From an uncultured Actinomycetes bacterium (GTDB taxonomy: Bacteria; Actinomycetota; Actinomycetes; S36-B12; CAIYMF01), in the NCBI GenBank assembly GCA_963700455.1, contig CAVOXP010000002.1, forward strand, positions 152,011 to 216,010: a stretch of 64,000 bases of DNA. Reading direction: 5' to 3'. A program made the translations under genes and the position numbers. The notes beneath the pieces are model-generated. The model was not told the DNA's origin and ran no database searches. It worked only from the letters and a program-made list of their open reading frames with translations. Shown in pieces: positions 50,920 to 61,310 of the stretch (its first letter is position 1; each line of letters begins with the position of its first letter).

Positions 50920-52410
50920 TCAGGCCCGCGTGTCCGGGATGTGGATCTCGCGCTTGAGGATCTTCCCGGTGGCGGTCAGGGGCAGCTCGGCGGTGATCCA
51001 GATGACCCTGGGGTACTTGTAGGGCGCGACCCGCTCCTTGACGAAGTCGCGCAGCTCGTCCTCGCTGGCCTGGGCACCCGGCTTGAGGGTGATCGCGGCC
51101 GCGATCTCCTCACCGAGCTCGGGGTGGGGGATCCCGAGCACGGCGGCGCTCGCCACGGCCGGGTGCTCGTAGAGGACCTCCTCGACCTCGCGCGGGTACA
51201 CGTTGAACCCGCCCCGGATGATCATGTCCTTGGCGCGGTCGACGATGTAGTAGTAGCCATCGTCGTCGCGGCGGGCCAGGTCGCCGGTGCGGAACCAGTC
51301 GCCGTTCATCACCTCGGCGGTGGCCTGCGGGTTGCCCAGGTAGCCCTTCATGACGTTGTGGCCCCTGATGGCGATCTCGCCGACCTCGCCCTCGGGCACG
51401 TCGTTCCATTCCTCGTCGATCAGCCGGAACTCGACGCCCTCGACGGGCTGCCCGATCGACCCGGCCTTGCGCTCGCGATCGGGGTGGTTGAACGAGGCGA
51501 CCGGGCTGGTCTCGGACAGCCCGTAGCCCTCCAGGATCATCGCGCCGAAGGCCTCCTCGAACCCGCGGAGCACCTCGACGGGCAGGGAGGCGCCGCCCGA
51601 GGCGCACATGCGCAGGCTGGACAGGTCGTAGGCGGCCTTGTCGGGATGCTGGAGCAGGGCGACGTACATGGTCGGCACGCCGAGCATGACGGTCACCTTG
51701 TCGCGCTGCAGGACCTCCAGGGCCTTCGTGGGCTCGAACCGGGGGATCAGCGTCAGGGTCGCGCCGGCGGCGAACGCGGAGTTCATGCCGACGGTCTGGC
51801 CGAACGAGTGGAACAGCGGCAGTCCGCCGAAGACCACGTCGGCGGCGTTGTAGTCGATCATGTCGATGCAGACCTGCGCGTTGCGGGCCATGTTGACGTG
51901 GCTGAGCTCGGCACCCTTGGGCTTGCCGGTGGTCCCGGAGGTGTACAGGACCACGGCCGTGTCGGAGTCGTCCCGCTCGACCAGCGCGACGGGCTCGTGG
52001 GCCATGACCTGGCCGAGGAACTCCGCCGGCACGACGCTGATGAACTCCGACCCGGCCTCAGCCGCCCCCTTGCCCGCCTCCTCGGCGACACCGTCCCAGG
52101 CGAACAGGGCACGCGACTCGGAGTCGGCCAGGACGTAGCCGACCTCCCGCGACTTGTAGAGCGGGTTCATCGGCACCACGACGCCGCCGGCCCACAGGAT
52201 CCCGTAGTAGATGATCGGCATGTGCGGGATGTTCGGCATGCTGACCGCCACCCGGTCGCCGGGGCGCACCCCGAGCTCCTGCAGCCAGCCGGCGACCCGG
52301 GCCGCACCCTGCGACAGCATCCCGTAGGGGATGACCGTCTCGTCGAAGATGATCGCGGCCTTCGCGGGGTCGGCCTGGGCGCTGCGGGCGAGGTTGCTGG
52401 CGAGGTTCAT
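50920..52410 (-). CDS. fadD: Long-chain fatty-acid--CoA ligase (AMP-binding family)
   Basis: ORF trimmed to MNLASNLARSAQ (ATG 52408-52410, AGGA upstream). Motifs YTSGTTGKPKGA, GYGLSET, TGD and GKILKR. Confidence 0.92.
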   Translation of the reverse strand: MNLASNLARSAQADPAKAAIIFDETVIPYGMLSQGAARVAGWLQELGVRPGDRVAVSMPNIPHMPIIYYGILWAGGVVVPMNPLYKSREVGYVLADSESRALFAWDGVAEEAGKGAAEAGSEFISVVPAEFLGQVMAHEPVALVERDDSDTAVVLYTSGTTGKPKGAELSHVNMARNAQVCIDMIDYNAADVVFGGLPLFHSFGQTVGMNSAFAAGATLTLIPRFEPTKALEVLQRDKVTVMLGVPTMYVALLQHPDKAAYDLSSLRMCASGGASLPVEVLRGFEEAFGAMILEGYGLSETSPVASFNHPDRERKAGSIGQPVEGVEFRLIDEEWNDVPEGEVGEIAIRGHNVMKGYLGNPQATAEVMNGDWFRTGDLARRDDDGYYYIVDRAKDMIIRGGFNVYPREVEEVLYEHPAVASAAVLGIPHPELGEEIAAAITLKPGAQASEDELRDFVKERVAPYKYPRVIWITAELPLTATGKILKREIHIPDTRA

Positions 52411-52580
52411 GGGGGATCCTTCCGGGTCGGGGGGCCACACGCGGGCGCGGTCGCCGGGGAGGGGTCCACCGTACGACTCCGGCGGCGGGTGGTCCATGGG
52501 GGCGGCGGGCGGGAGTCGGACGATCCGGCGCTCGCGGCCTCGGGCTGGGCGGCGGAGCGGGTGCGGGGGAGAATCGCGCC

Positions 52581-53079
52581 ATGCGCCTGCGTCCGGCCAC
52601 CCCCGACGACGTCGCCCTGCTGCGGCACTGGGACGCGCAGCCCCACGTCATCGAGTCCGACCCGAACGACGACTGGCAGTGGGAGACCGAGCTGCTGCGC
52701 ACGCCGCCGTGGCGCGAGTCGTTGATCGCCGAGCTGGACGGCCGGCCGGTCGGGTTCCTCGAGATCATCGATCCGCGAGCTCGAGGACTCGCACTACTGG
52801 GGGGACTGCGGCCCGGGGCTGCGTGCGATCGACATCTGGATCGGGGAGGCCGACGACCTCGGCCGCGGGTACGGCACCCGGATGATGACGATGGCCATCG
52901 AGCGCTGCTTCGCGGAGCCGAGCGTCACGGCGATCATCCTCGACCCGCTCGTCGGCAACGTGCGGGCGCGGCGCTTCTACGAGCGGCTCGGGTTCCGGCA
53001 CGTCGAGGACCGCTGGTTCGGGGCGGACCACTGCGCGGTGCACCGGCTGCCGCGATGGGCGCCGGGACCCGGGAACCCG
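52581..53079 (+). pseudogene. AAC(6')-Ib-like GNAT acetyltransferase with a single frameshift
   Basis: Frame 1 reads MRLRPATPDDVALLRHWDAQPHVIESDP...DGRPVGFLEIIDP. One nucleotide later (about 52776) the +1 frame reads ELEDSHYWGDCGPGLRAIDIWIGEADDLGRGYGTRMMTMAIERCF...RARRFYERLGFRHV. The layout matches AacA4-type enzymes. Confidence 0.7.
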
Positions 53080-53523
53080 GTGGCTCAGTTGCAGGTGCGG
53101 GCGGCGGGGCTCGGTGAGGTCCGAGCCCTCCAGCTGGCGGTGCTGCGTCCCGACGGTCCCCTGCCCGATGACCGGCCGCCGCCGGCCGACGCCCTGCACC
53201 TCGGGGCGTTCGACGGGCAGACGGTGGTCGGGGCGGCGACGGTCCTGGCCGCGGACTGGCCGGGACCCGGAGCACTCGATGCCCCGGCCTGGCAGCTGCG
53301 CAGCATGGTCGTCCGGACCGACTGGCGGGGGGCCGGGGTGGGCCGGCGGGTGCTGGACCACGCCGTCGAGGTGGCGCGTGCGCAGGGGGCGGCGTGCCTG
53401 TGGGGAGCGGGGCGGACTGGGGCGCTGGGCTTCTACGCCGCTTCCGGGTGGGACATCGTGGGCCCCGAGTGGATCAAGCCGGGCGTGGGCCCGCACCGGT
53501 ACGTGGTGCGCCGGATCGGCTGA
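53080..53523 (+). CDS. Second GNAT acetyltransferase module, no stop codon separating it from the first
   Basis: In-frame GTG at 53080 within ORF 52882..53523. GNAT core WQLRSMVVRTDWRGAGVGRRVLDHAVEVAR..GA and FYAASGW. Confidence 0.55.
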   Translation: MAQLQVRAAGLGEVRALQLAVLRPDGPLPDDRPPPADALHLGAFDGQTVVGAATVLAADWPGPGALDAPAWQLRSMVVRTDWRGAGVGRRVLDHAVEVARAQGAACLWGAGRTGALGFYAASGWDIVGPEWIKPGVGPHRYVVRRIG

Positions 53524-53598
53524 TCGGCGTTGCGGCGCACCACGGACGTTCCCGTTCGCACGACACCACCGACGATCGACCAGCGGCTCCTCCGGGCG

Positions 53599-54234
53599 TC
53601 AGCCCGCGGCACCGTCGATTGCGATGTCCACGACCAGGCGCGGCGGCCCGTCCAGCCAGGAGACCCGGAAGGGCCGCACCCGGTCCAGGCCAAGGCCGAT
53701 CTGAGTGGTCCCCTCGAACCCGTACAGGTTGCGGGCCTCCAGGATGGCGGTGTAGCCCGAGGTGACGATGTCGTCTGGCCCCTCGAACGGCGGCCACTCG
53801 TCGGGTCGGCCCTCGAACTCCGTGACCGTCATGACACCGATCAGCACCTCGATCGTCGCGTCGCCGAGCAGCTCGATCGGCTCGCCTGACCCCTGCCCGG
53901 TGAGCGGGTCGACGTACCTGACCCGCCATCCGGGATCCCCGTCGCTGCCGGCCATCTCGAACACGAACCGCTCGAAGCAGTCGCGCCGGCCGGCCCGCAT
54001 GGACGCCCCGGTCAAGGTGGACAGGGCCAGTGGGTCATCGGAGGTGGTCTCGTCGGTGCTCCCGAACGGCGGGCAGTCCGTCGCCGAGGCACTCGGGGAG
54101 GCGGACTCGGTCTCGGTGAGCGTCGGGCTCGCGGTGGGCGTGGTGGTGCTCGACGGCGTGCCACCCCCACCGCAGCCCACCAAGGTCAGGGCCAGGACAA
54201 CGACCCCACCACGTGCCCCTCCACACACCTCCAC
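53599..54234 (-). CDS. Lipoprotein of unknown function
   Basis: ORF 53599..54357 with a candidate GTG at 54232-54234. Lipobox LTLVGC and a Thr/Ser/Pro linker, then a conserved-looking domain (ERFVFEMAGSDGDPGWRVRYVDP...). The start is uncertain. Confidence 0.55.
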   Translation of the reverse strand: MEVCGGARGGVVVLALTLVGCGGGGTPSSTTTPTASPTLTETESASPSASATDCPPFGSTDETTSDDPLALSTLTGASMRAGRRDCFERFVFEMAGSDGDPGWRVRYVDPLTGQGSGEPIELLGDATIEVLIGVMTVTEFEGRPDEWPPFEGPDDIVTSGYTAILEARNLYGFEGTTQIGLGLDRVRPFRVSWLDGPPRLVVDIAIDGAAG

Positions 54235-54366
54235 GCTAGCGGGCGGGGGCAGGGACCGGTAGGACCGGAGGACCCGAGGAGTCGTGTGGGGGTTCGGGGC
54301 CGCCAGGGAGACTCGACGCCCCCACCCGCGCAGAGCGAAGTGCGCGACCGCGTCCATGCCAAGCGC

Positions 54367-54795
54367 TCAGCCATCCACGCGCGGCGTCGGGACAGCGGTG
54401 ATGCGTTCAGTCGCGCTCAGCGGCCTGGCCAGGGACTCGATCGCATCCGTGACCCGCTCGCAGCATCGCCCGTCCCTGGCCGGGAAGGTCGTGCGAATGC
54501 GCTCCAGGTACAAAGGCGACGGGCCAGGCAGGTTCTGCACGGCGGACACGAGGTCGTCGATCGCGGGCTGCAGGTCGTAGGCGACCGGGCCAAGGCCGTC
54601 CCGCTCGTACTTGAAGTAGCCACCCCGCCCCACGTGGCCGCCGCCGAACATTGCCTCGGCGTCGAACTGGAAGTACGTCACCGCGCGCTCGAGGTATGCG
54701 GCGTTGAACGCCATGGAGGAGTAGTCAGTGGTCAGCACGGCGGATCGGGCGAAGTAGGAACGAACGTCCTGACCCTCGTACCTAGCGGCACACAT
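54367..54795 (-). pseudogene. Remnant: C-terminal third of a TagF-type CDP-glycerol glycerophosphotransferase
   Basis: The 142-aa ORF holds only the C-terminal family motifs (AVLTTDYSSMAFNAAYLERAVTYFQFD, RGGYFKYE..GLGPV). The N-terminal 250+ codons are absent, and the ORF ends 52 nt from the tRNA 3' end. Confidence 0.65.
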
Positions 54796-54847
54796 GCAGC
54801 GACCCCGGACCCCTGCTGGGGGAACCGGGGCCTGACCTGCGCCGATA

Positions 54848-54922
54848 TGGAGCCGCCTCGGGGATTTGAACCCCGGACCTACGCATTACGAGTGCGTTGC
54901 TCTACCCCTGAGCTAAGGCGGC
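54848..54922 (-). tRNA. tRNA-Thr (anticodon CGT), CCA encoded
   Basis: Cloverleaf folded by hand. Acceptor GCCGCCT/AGGCGGC, D arm GCTC/GAGC, anticodon stem ACGCA/TGCGT with loop CTCGTAA, T arm CGGGG/CCCCG with loop TTCAAAT, then discriminator T and CCA. Confidence 0.95.
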
Positions 54923-55056
54923 GCACGTCCAGGCGAGCCATGGACGGAGCAATGGTACCGGCGGCCCCGGCACGACCCAACACAAGCGGGCAAGTTGACA
55001 TGAGTCATCAGGAACCAGCCTCCTGGGGAAACGCGAGGGGCTACTAGGCTCGTCGG

Positions 55057-55662
55057 GTGGAGATTCATGAGATGGGCATCGCGGGGGCGTGGGTCATCAC
55101 GCCGACTCTGCACACGGATGACCGAGGCACCTTCCTTGAGTGGTTCAGGGAAGAGCGGTTTCTCATCAGCGTGGGCCGACCCTTCCACGCAACTCAGGCC
55201 AACTGCTCGATCAGTCACCGGGGCGTGGTTCGCGGCGTGCACTACACCGCGGTCCCCCCAGGACAGGCCAAGTACGTCACGTGCGTGCAGGGATCGGTGC
55301 GCGATGTGGTCGTTGACCTGCGCGAGGGATCCGCAACGTTCGGCCGCTGGGAGGCGTTGACCCTCGACGCCAGGGACAGGCGCGCCGTGTTTCTCGAGGC
55401 CGGCCTTGGACACGGGTTCTCAGTGACCAGCGAACAGGCCACCGTGGTCTACATGGTCGACAGGGGGTACGACCCGGCCCACGAGCGCGCCATCCACCCC
55501 CTTGACCGCGACCTAGGTATCGACTGGGGACTGCCCCATCCGCCGGTCCTTTCAGAGCGGGACTCTTGTGCCCCGAGCCTCGCGGGCGCCAGAACGGATG
55601 GGCATCTGCCCCTCTGGGACGCGTGCCTACGACGGGCATCGGGAGGCGCGGGTACGTTCTAG
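55057..55662 (+). CDS. rmlC: dTDP-4-dehydrorhamnose 3,5-epimerase
   Basis: 201 aa. Cupin motifs DDRGTFLEWF, RGVHY, QAKYVTCVQG and GHGF. GTG at 55057, or ATG at 55072. Confidence 0.9.
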   Translation: MEIHEMGIAGAWVITPTLHTDDRGTFLEWFREERFLISVGRPFHATQANCSISHRGVVRGVHYTAVPPGQAKYVTCVQGSVRDVVVDLREGSATFGRWEALTLDARDRRAVFLEAGLGHGFSVTSEQATVVYMVDRGYDPAHERAIHPLDRDLGIDWGLPHPPVLSERDSCAPSLAGARTDGHLPLWDACLRRASGGAGTF

Positions 55663-55802
55663 CGGTATGGGGTGCCCGAAACCGCGTGGAAGCCATCCGA
55701 TTGAGTTATCTCGCACACCCGTCGCCGGTCGTGCTCTTTCGGCCGACGTCCCCCTTGCAGGAGGACCAGACGCCTTCCCACCTCAGCGATATGGGCTAGT
55801 CG

Positions 55803-57195
55803 ATGGGCCTGAGATCTCGCCTCACAGCCCAGAGTCGGCGCGCGTTGGTGGTTTTGTCGGTCGGCCTGTCCACCTGCCTTCTCCTGACGGCGGGACACCC
55901 CGGCTGGATGACGAATGACTCCCGAATCATGCTCTCGCATGCGACCGGTGCGGCGCCCTTCAGCGATTGGTACGTGCCCACCCTGGAGTGGCTGTGGGGC
56001 CATCTCGGAGCTGGCGCAAAGGGGTCCCCTCATCCCACATGCGCTGCAGGTGCTGACGTACTCACTCGGGATCCTCGTGGCGAGTACACATCTCGCCGCG
56101 CGCCATTTCGGGTGGGCCGTTGCTCTCCCTTGGCTTATGCTCCTCAATCCCGCGACGTGGATCCTGCATTTCGTATGGCGCGATGCATTCATGGCCTCGG
56201 TTCTGGTGCTTTGCGGTAGCCCTTGGACTCCATCTCAGGCATGCCTCCCCGTCTCGGGTGCGCCTCCTCGCATACTCGCCGGCGGTCCTCTGCGGCATCG
56301 CTGCCGTGGCGCGGCCGTACCTGCTTCCCTTCATGATGATCCTGGCCTTCGCGCTGACGCCTGAGTGGCAACGCCACTCCTGGCCACGCGGGCCAGCCGT
56401 GGGAGCCTTGGCCGCGGCCTTCACCGGCGCCCTACTCGCCATCGCCCTCCCGAGACTGTTGATTCCCGACATCGAGTCGTCCCGAGCGGGGGAAGCAGTC
56501 TTCGCCCTGGACGCACTCCACATCGATTGCGAGTACTCTTGGGCGTCCTTGGACAGGCCACGTTCGCCAGTGTCGCCTCCAGGCTTGTGGCGAGACGACA
56601 CCCCTCCTTGCGAGAATACGAGGCCGGGCGATTTCGGTGGCGCTTGGGAGGCCTACGGGGATCCCAATGGACCCGCTGCCCTGGACCTTGCAGGATGGCG
56701 GGCGCTGGCCGTCGCGCATCCGGCGACGGTGGTAGGCGGGCGGAATGCAGCACACCCTTCTCCTTCTCAGGGAACCACTCGACGCGCGATGGGCGCCGGA
56801 TGTTGAGTCACGGCCGCTTCTCAGCACCCCAGGCGCCATCGGAGATGGAGAACTCGTCGGGTACCCGAGCGAGGGCGGCGTGGCCATCGTCGCGTTGGCG
56901 GGACTCACAATCCTGGCACCCCAATCCGCGATCTGGTGGCTCGCTAGGTGCCGGGCTCCTGGGCTTGGCTGGATTCTGGCGTCAGCAGGTCGACGCCATG
57001 ACGCTCCTCGTCTCGTGGTGGCCACTGTTGACCGCGTTGGTGACCGGAGTCCTGGCCCCTGCGAATGATCCCCGATACATGGCGCCATTCTCGATCCTCG
57101 CATGGCTGGTGACGCTCATCCTGGGACCCCGGATCTGGAAGGCGTGGCGCGACCAGACAGGCAACCCAGCCAGCTCAGTCGCATCTCCTGACTAG
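55803..57195 (+). pseudogene. Polytopic membrane protein (GT-C / polymerase-like), frame-broken
   Basis: Hydrophobic segments continue across four overlapping ORFs in different frames (55803..56219, 55915..56364, 56120..56806, 56365..57195, plus 56745..57068). The function assignment is tentative. Confidence 0.5.
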
Positions 57196-58310
57196 CGCAT
57201 GACTCGTCCGAACAACTCCTCCCAACTATCGAGCACCAATCCGGGGCTGAACGTTGCCGCGTCACGGCGCGCCTGCTGTCCAAGCCGCGCGCGCAGATCA
57301 GAATCGCTCATCACCTGCGCCAAAGCGCTTGCCAGATCCTCCTCGCTGTTCGGCCGCACCAGACGGCCGTTCTCGCCATCGCGTATCAGGCTACGCACAC
57401 CCGGCGAGCAGTCGAAGGCGACGGAAGGAACGCCGCACGCCATGGCCTCCAGCACAGTCATCGGAAGCCCTTCGTATTGGCTCGTCAAGGCGAATACGCT
57501 AGACAGAAGGAGGACGTCCTCCATATCGACCGTGGGGCCATTGAGAGTGACGGAGCCCTCGATTCCCAGCCTCCGAGACCAACTGCCGGTAGTTGCCCTC
57601 TTCGGGGCCGTTGCCGTGCAGTTCGAGGCGCCAGTCAGGGAACTGGTCAGCGATGCGGCTCAACCGCGAATCAGGTAGTCCGGGGACTTCTCCGCGTGGT
57701 AGCGCCCCGCGTACGTAACGGTCTTCGAAGTCAGTTGGGCTGAGCGTTCGGGATCCATCCCGACTGGATTGCGCATCACATCTGTGTTGTTCAGGCCCAC
57801 TCTACGTAGCTCATTTGCGTCCTCATCCGTCAGGAGAAGGCATCTGTCGCAGTCGCGCGCCCAAGCCTTCAGCCGAGGGGCATCCCGGCGCCCGAGGGGG
57901 CTCAACACGGTGCTGTGGTATTCGGCAATGGTTCGCCAGCCCTGTGCCCCTGCCCGGTACAGGTGCTTGAGTGCGAACAGTTGCATGCCGACAACGATCC
58001 CCGGCGTGTGGAACTTCAGCAGGTCACGCAGCCGAGCAACGGCGACGTCCTGAGCCTTCTCGTGCTCTGCCGGAGGTGCCGCCTCGTCTGGGCGCTCACA
58101 GAGGTACTCCACCCTGTATGCCGGATCCGACTCGTACTGATGCACGTGGGACGGCTTGAAGACGCCGAGAAGCATGACGGGGTAGCCCCGCTGTGCCAAC
58201 CCTTGGCCGATCAAATGGGCCACCCGCTGGACCCCGCCCACCTCCATCACATCGTTGGCGAACAGGATGACATTGGGAACCGGGCCCTGACCGAACACCC
58301 CATCAGCCAT
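57192..58310 (-). pseudogene. Family 4 glycosyltransferase with at least two frameshifts
   Basis: N-terminus MADGVFGQGPVPNVILFANDVMEVGGVQRV (lower part of ORF 57660..58976). Middle piece IADQFPDWRLELHGNGPEEGNYRQLV in a third frame (57540-57650). C-terminus SQYEGLPMTVLEAMACGVPSVA in ORF 57192..57524. Confidence 0.7.
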
Positions 58311-59564
58311 TGAGGAACACCTCCTCCACGACCCGGCGGGACGCCTGACCGTCTTCGCGCCCCCCGAACTCCAGACCGAACGCGCGCCTCGCCGCTGCGA
58401 AGGCTCCACTCCACTCCTTGGCTGAGAACACAAGATCCCACAGCTCGTCCGGAGTTCTTGCGATTGGCCCTGGAGCCCACTGCGCAAGATCGAAGTAGCC
58501 GCCGCGAGCCATGGACACTCCTTGTAATCGGGAACGAACAGGACGATCGGTCGGCCAAGTTCCAGGTAATCGAACATGATCGAGGAGTAGTCGGTCACCA
58601 GCACGTCACTGGCCAGCATCGCGGCGACCGGGTCGAACACCTTGCCCGCATCGACTAACACGTGACCGAAACCCTGCGGAATCGTCACATTGTTCAGGTA
58701 GTGAGGACGGATGAGCAGTCGCCCCCGCCCTTCAAACTGCTCCATAGCGGATTCCAGCGTGAACGGCAGCCCAACTTCTGCCCCCGCGTGACCCTGATGC
58801 TCCCTGAATGTGGGCGCGAAGAGAGCGTGTATGCCCACAGCCGGGTCCTGAGGGAGTCCGATCGCGGCGTCGTCGGCGGCCGTTCGCTGGGTGCCGCGCC
58901 GCGCCACAAGTGGGTCAACGCGAGGAGTGCCAGGTCCAAGCGCCCGAGCATGATGAGGGAATGCGCGCTCGAACACGGTCTTGAAGTACTCCCCCGGCGC
59001 TTAACGAGGAAGTCCCACCGATCAGAAGCCGCCACGAGCCTGTGGCGCTGTTCGGTGCTCTCCGAGACTGAAGACTTGTCCAGACCCATCCGCTTGTAGG
59101 GGATACCGTGCCAGGTCTGGACATAGGTCGTCCCCGGGGGCTTTCGGATGTGAGCGGGATCCCTTGGTTGTCCACCCAGTAACGTGCGCTCCCAAGCGCC
59201 TTGTAGTAGTCCCGCGACCCCCTCAGGACGGTCTCAACGCCTTCTGGGAATCCGCTGCCGATGCGGTCACGAACCCACACGGTCTCGCCCGACCAGTCCG
59301 AAGCCGCAAGGGCCTCGTATATGTAGCGTGGACTATCCGAGTACGTCCTTCCCACGTGGACTCGAACACGACGAGGGGAGGTCCACTCAGGCGCCTCCGC
59401 CGCTTCGCCACCGCATCACCCGCGCGCTGCTGGGATCGCCGGACAACCCGCGCCTGCCGACTGCGGGCAGCCCTCGCGGCGCCGCGCTGGAGCACGAGCC
59501 TGCCGTCCCCTGGGGCGTGCAAGGCATGCAGGGCCAAGTGGTCGTCCAGCGTCCGGTAGGGCAT
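58303..59564 (-). pseudogene. TagF-type CDP-glycerol glycerophosphotransferase with at least four frameshifts
   Basis: The pieces are FESTWEG (59223..59564), GRTYSDSPRYIYEAL...YWVDNQG (58915..59355) and TWHGIPYKRMGLDKS (58694..59089). They continue with LASDVLVTDYSSIMFDYLELGRPIVLFVPDY (upper part of 57660..58976) and GGYFDL..APGPI (58303..58518). Confidence 0.7.
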
Positions 59565-61084
59565 CAGTCCCGACGGATCCGGCAGGCAGGTGGGGCGCTC
59601 TCCACCTCGACGGGGCGAAGGTCGACAGTCCCGTCAGGCCTTGGATAGCGAAGAGGTTGCCGGTTCTCGACGGATAGGCCAACGGCCTTCACTCGAATCC
59701 AGAAATCGAACCTCTGGTCCTTGGTGAACTCATCCCAGACGAACGAGTGACAGTTCAAAGTGAACCGAGTCCCGATGCTGTACTCGTCGCGGCCGATGGA
59801 CTCACCACGAATGGTCACCCCCTGCCCGCCTGACCCTCGTCGTGATACCTCGAGGAAGATCCCGTAATCGTCCCCAATCAAGCCAAGGGGATTCCATGTC
59901 CTCAGTGACAGGGCCACCTCGGTCGCCGATACCTCCCAAGCTGTGACCTCATGAGTGAGGGTGACCTGACCCAAGGGGCGCCGACCGAATCCGATATCCG
60001 TGATGTCGAGGCTGGCCCGGACAATCCCCGCACTGAGTTGTGCACCGGACCAGTACACCCGCCCAGCTCGGGAGGCCAGGTCGACTGCCGCTTCGCCTCG
60101 TACGATCGCCCCGTAGACGGCACGAATCTGATCCAAATCCCCCACATCCAGCATCTCCAGCGCCAATTGGTGGAGCCTCGGCAAACGGTCCCTCTTCAAC
60201 CCAGGGAGGGCTCGACAGACGGCTGGAATGCAGACACGACGGTCCGGCCCCACTCATCGCCCGCCGAAAGGAGGTCGCCAAGGTAGAGTGCCAAGTCGTG
60301 CCGCACAAACTTCTCCTGTTTTGCAGGCAATAGATCGGCATTCCCCGAGTCCACGAGCCACTGGTCGATCAACCGGTGGGGTTTCGATCCGTGCCTCGAG
60401 GTTTCGCACCGTCATGCGACTGTTGGTGATCGAGCGATTCTCCCGAGTTTCGTAGACTTTCCACAGGTAGACGTGCTCCGGGATGACGGCTAGGCGAGTG
60501 ACACTGCTGTAGACCTGGGCTGTCCACAACAGATCCTCGTACAGGATGCCCTCACAAAAGGAGAGGCCCAGACGAGCAATGAATGCCCGTCGGTACAGCT
60601 TCCCCAACTGCCGCCGTCTCAAACAGTCTTTCCGGCTCATCGCGGATGGAGGTGACGAACTGGCATGACTCGAAAAAGGCGCACGTATCAACCCGACCCC
60701 ACTGCCTGCGCTCGACGTGGTTGGCGAGACCTTGCCAGCGCACCACCTCCGCATCCGTCGCTCGCCCTCCTCGAGAAGCCGCTTCGTGGCGTGCATGTGA
60801 GCTTCGTCGTCGCTGTCGAGGAAGGTCACCCACGGAGCGCGCGCGGCCGCCGTACGGCGTTGCGGGGGGCGCTACAGCCGCCGCTGTTCTGAGGAAGCCG
60901 GAGGTCAGCGCACCCGTGGATCAAGTTCGACCAGCCCGCGCGCGACGGCCTCCGTGTCATCCGTGGGCAGTCATCGCAGATGGATCACCTCCAGCGACGC
61001 AGCGTCTGCGACAGGGCGCTTCGTAGGCTGTGGGAAGCCGATGGCGTCGTTGCACAGGATGATCACCACGCTGACGTCTGGCAC
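59564..61084 (-). pseudogene. Family 2 glycosyltransferase plus C-terminal beta-rich domain, frame-broken in the GT2 part
   Basis: Reading down from 61084, the GT2 motifs are spread over all three frames: VSVVIILCN, LEVI, ICDDC, TDDTEAVA..DPRVR, LPQNSGG.SAPRNA, WVTFLDSDDE and LYRRAFI...EGILYEDL. The C-terminal 229-aa part (59564..60253) is intact. ATGA overlap with the TagF-type gene. Confidence 0.6.
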
Positions 61085-61310
61085 ACGATCTGCGACCGGT
61101 GGCTGCGAGACGTCAATCTGGGACCTGTGAGGCTGCTCGCTCAGTGACGATCACCGGGGCTGCCGCAGGGGCGGACTTCCCGGGGGACAGCAATTCAGAC
61201 ACGTCCTTTCAATCGGGCGGCATCAATGGGACAAAGTGGACCACGCCCCATTGAAAAGGCTGCCCGAGCCTACCGATCCTCCTCCTGGTGCGGAGTCGAG
61301 GCGGTGATGT

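Noticed and set aside
54923-55056. Integrase, transposase or other mobility gene next to the tRNA
   Set aside because: No ORF in 44-64 kb shows integrase (R..H..R..Y) or DDE-transposase features by eye. The island call rests only on composition, the tRNA association and gene content.
57660-58976. Apparently intact 438-aa ORF in the island
   Set aside because: It is a chimera of the TagF C-terminal domain and the GT4 N-terminus, read through by frameshifts. The real gene boundary (stop at 58303, start at 58310) lies inside it.
60124-60140. caaatcccc, a 9-nt match to the T-loop/3' half of tRNA-Thr, considered as a possible att repeat
   Set aside because: It is too short, it is in the opposite orientation relative to the tRNA gene, and it sits inside the coding remnant of the GT2-associated domain. 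It is most likely chance.
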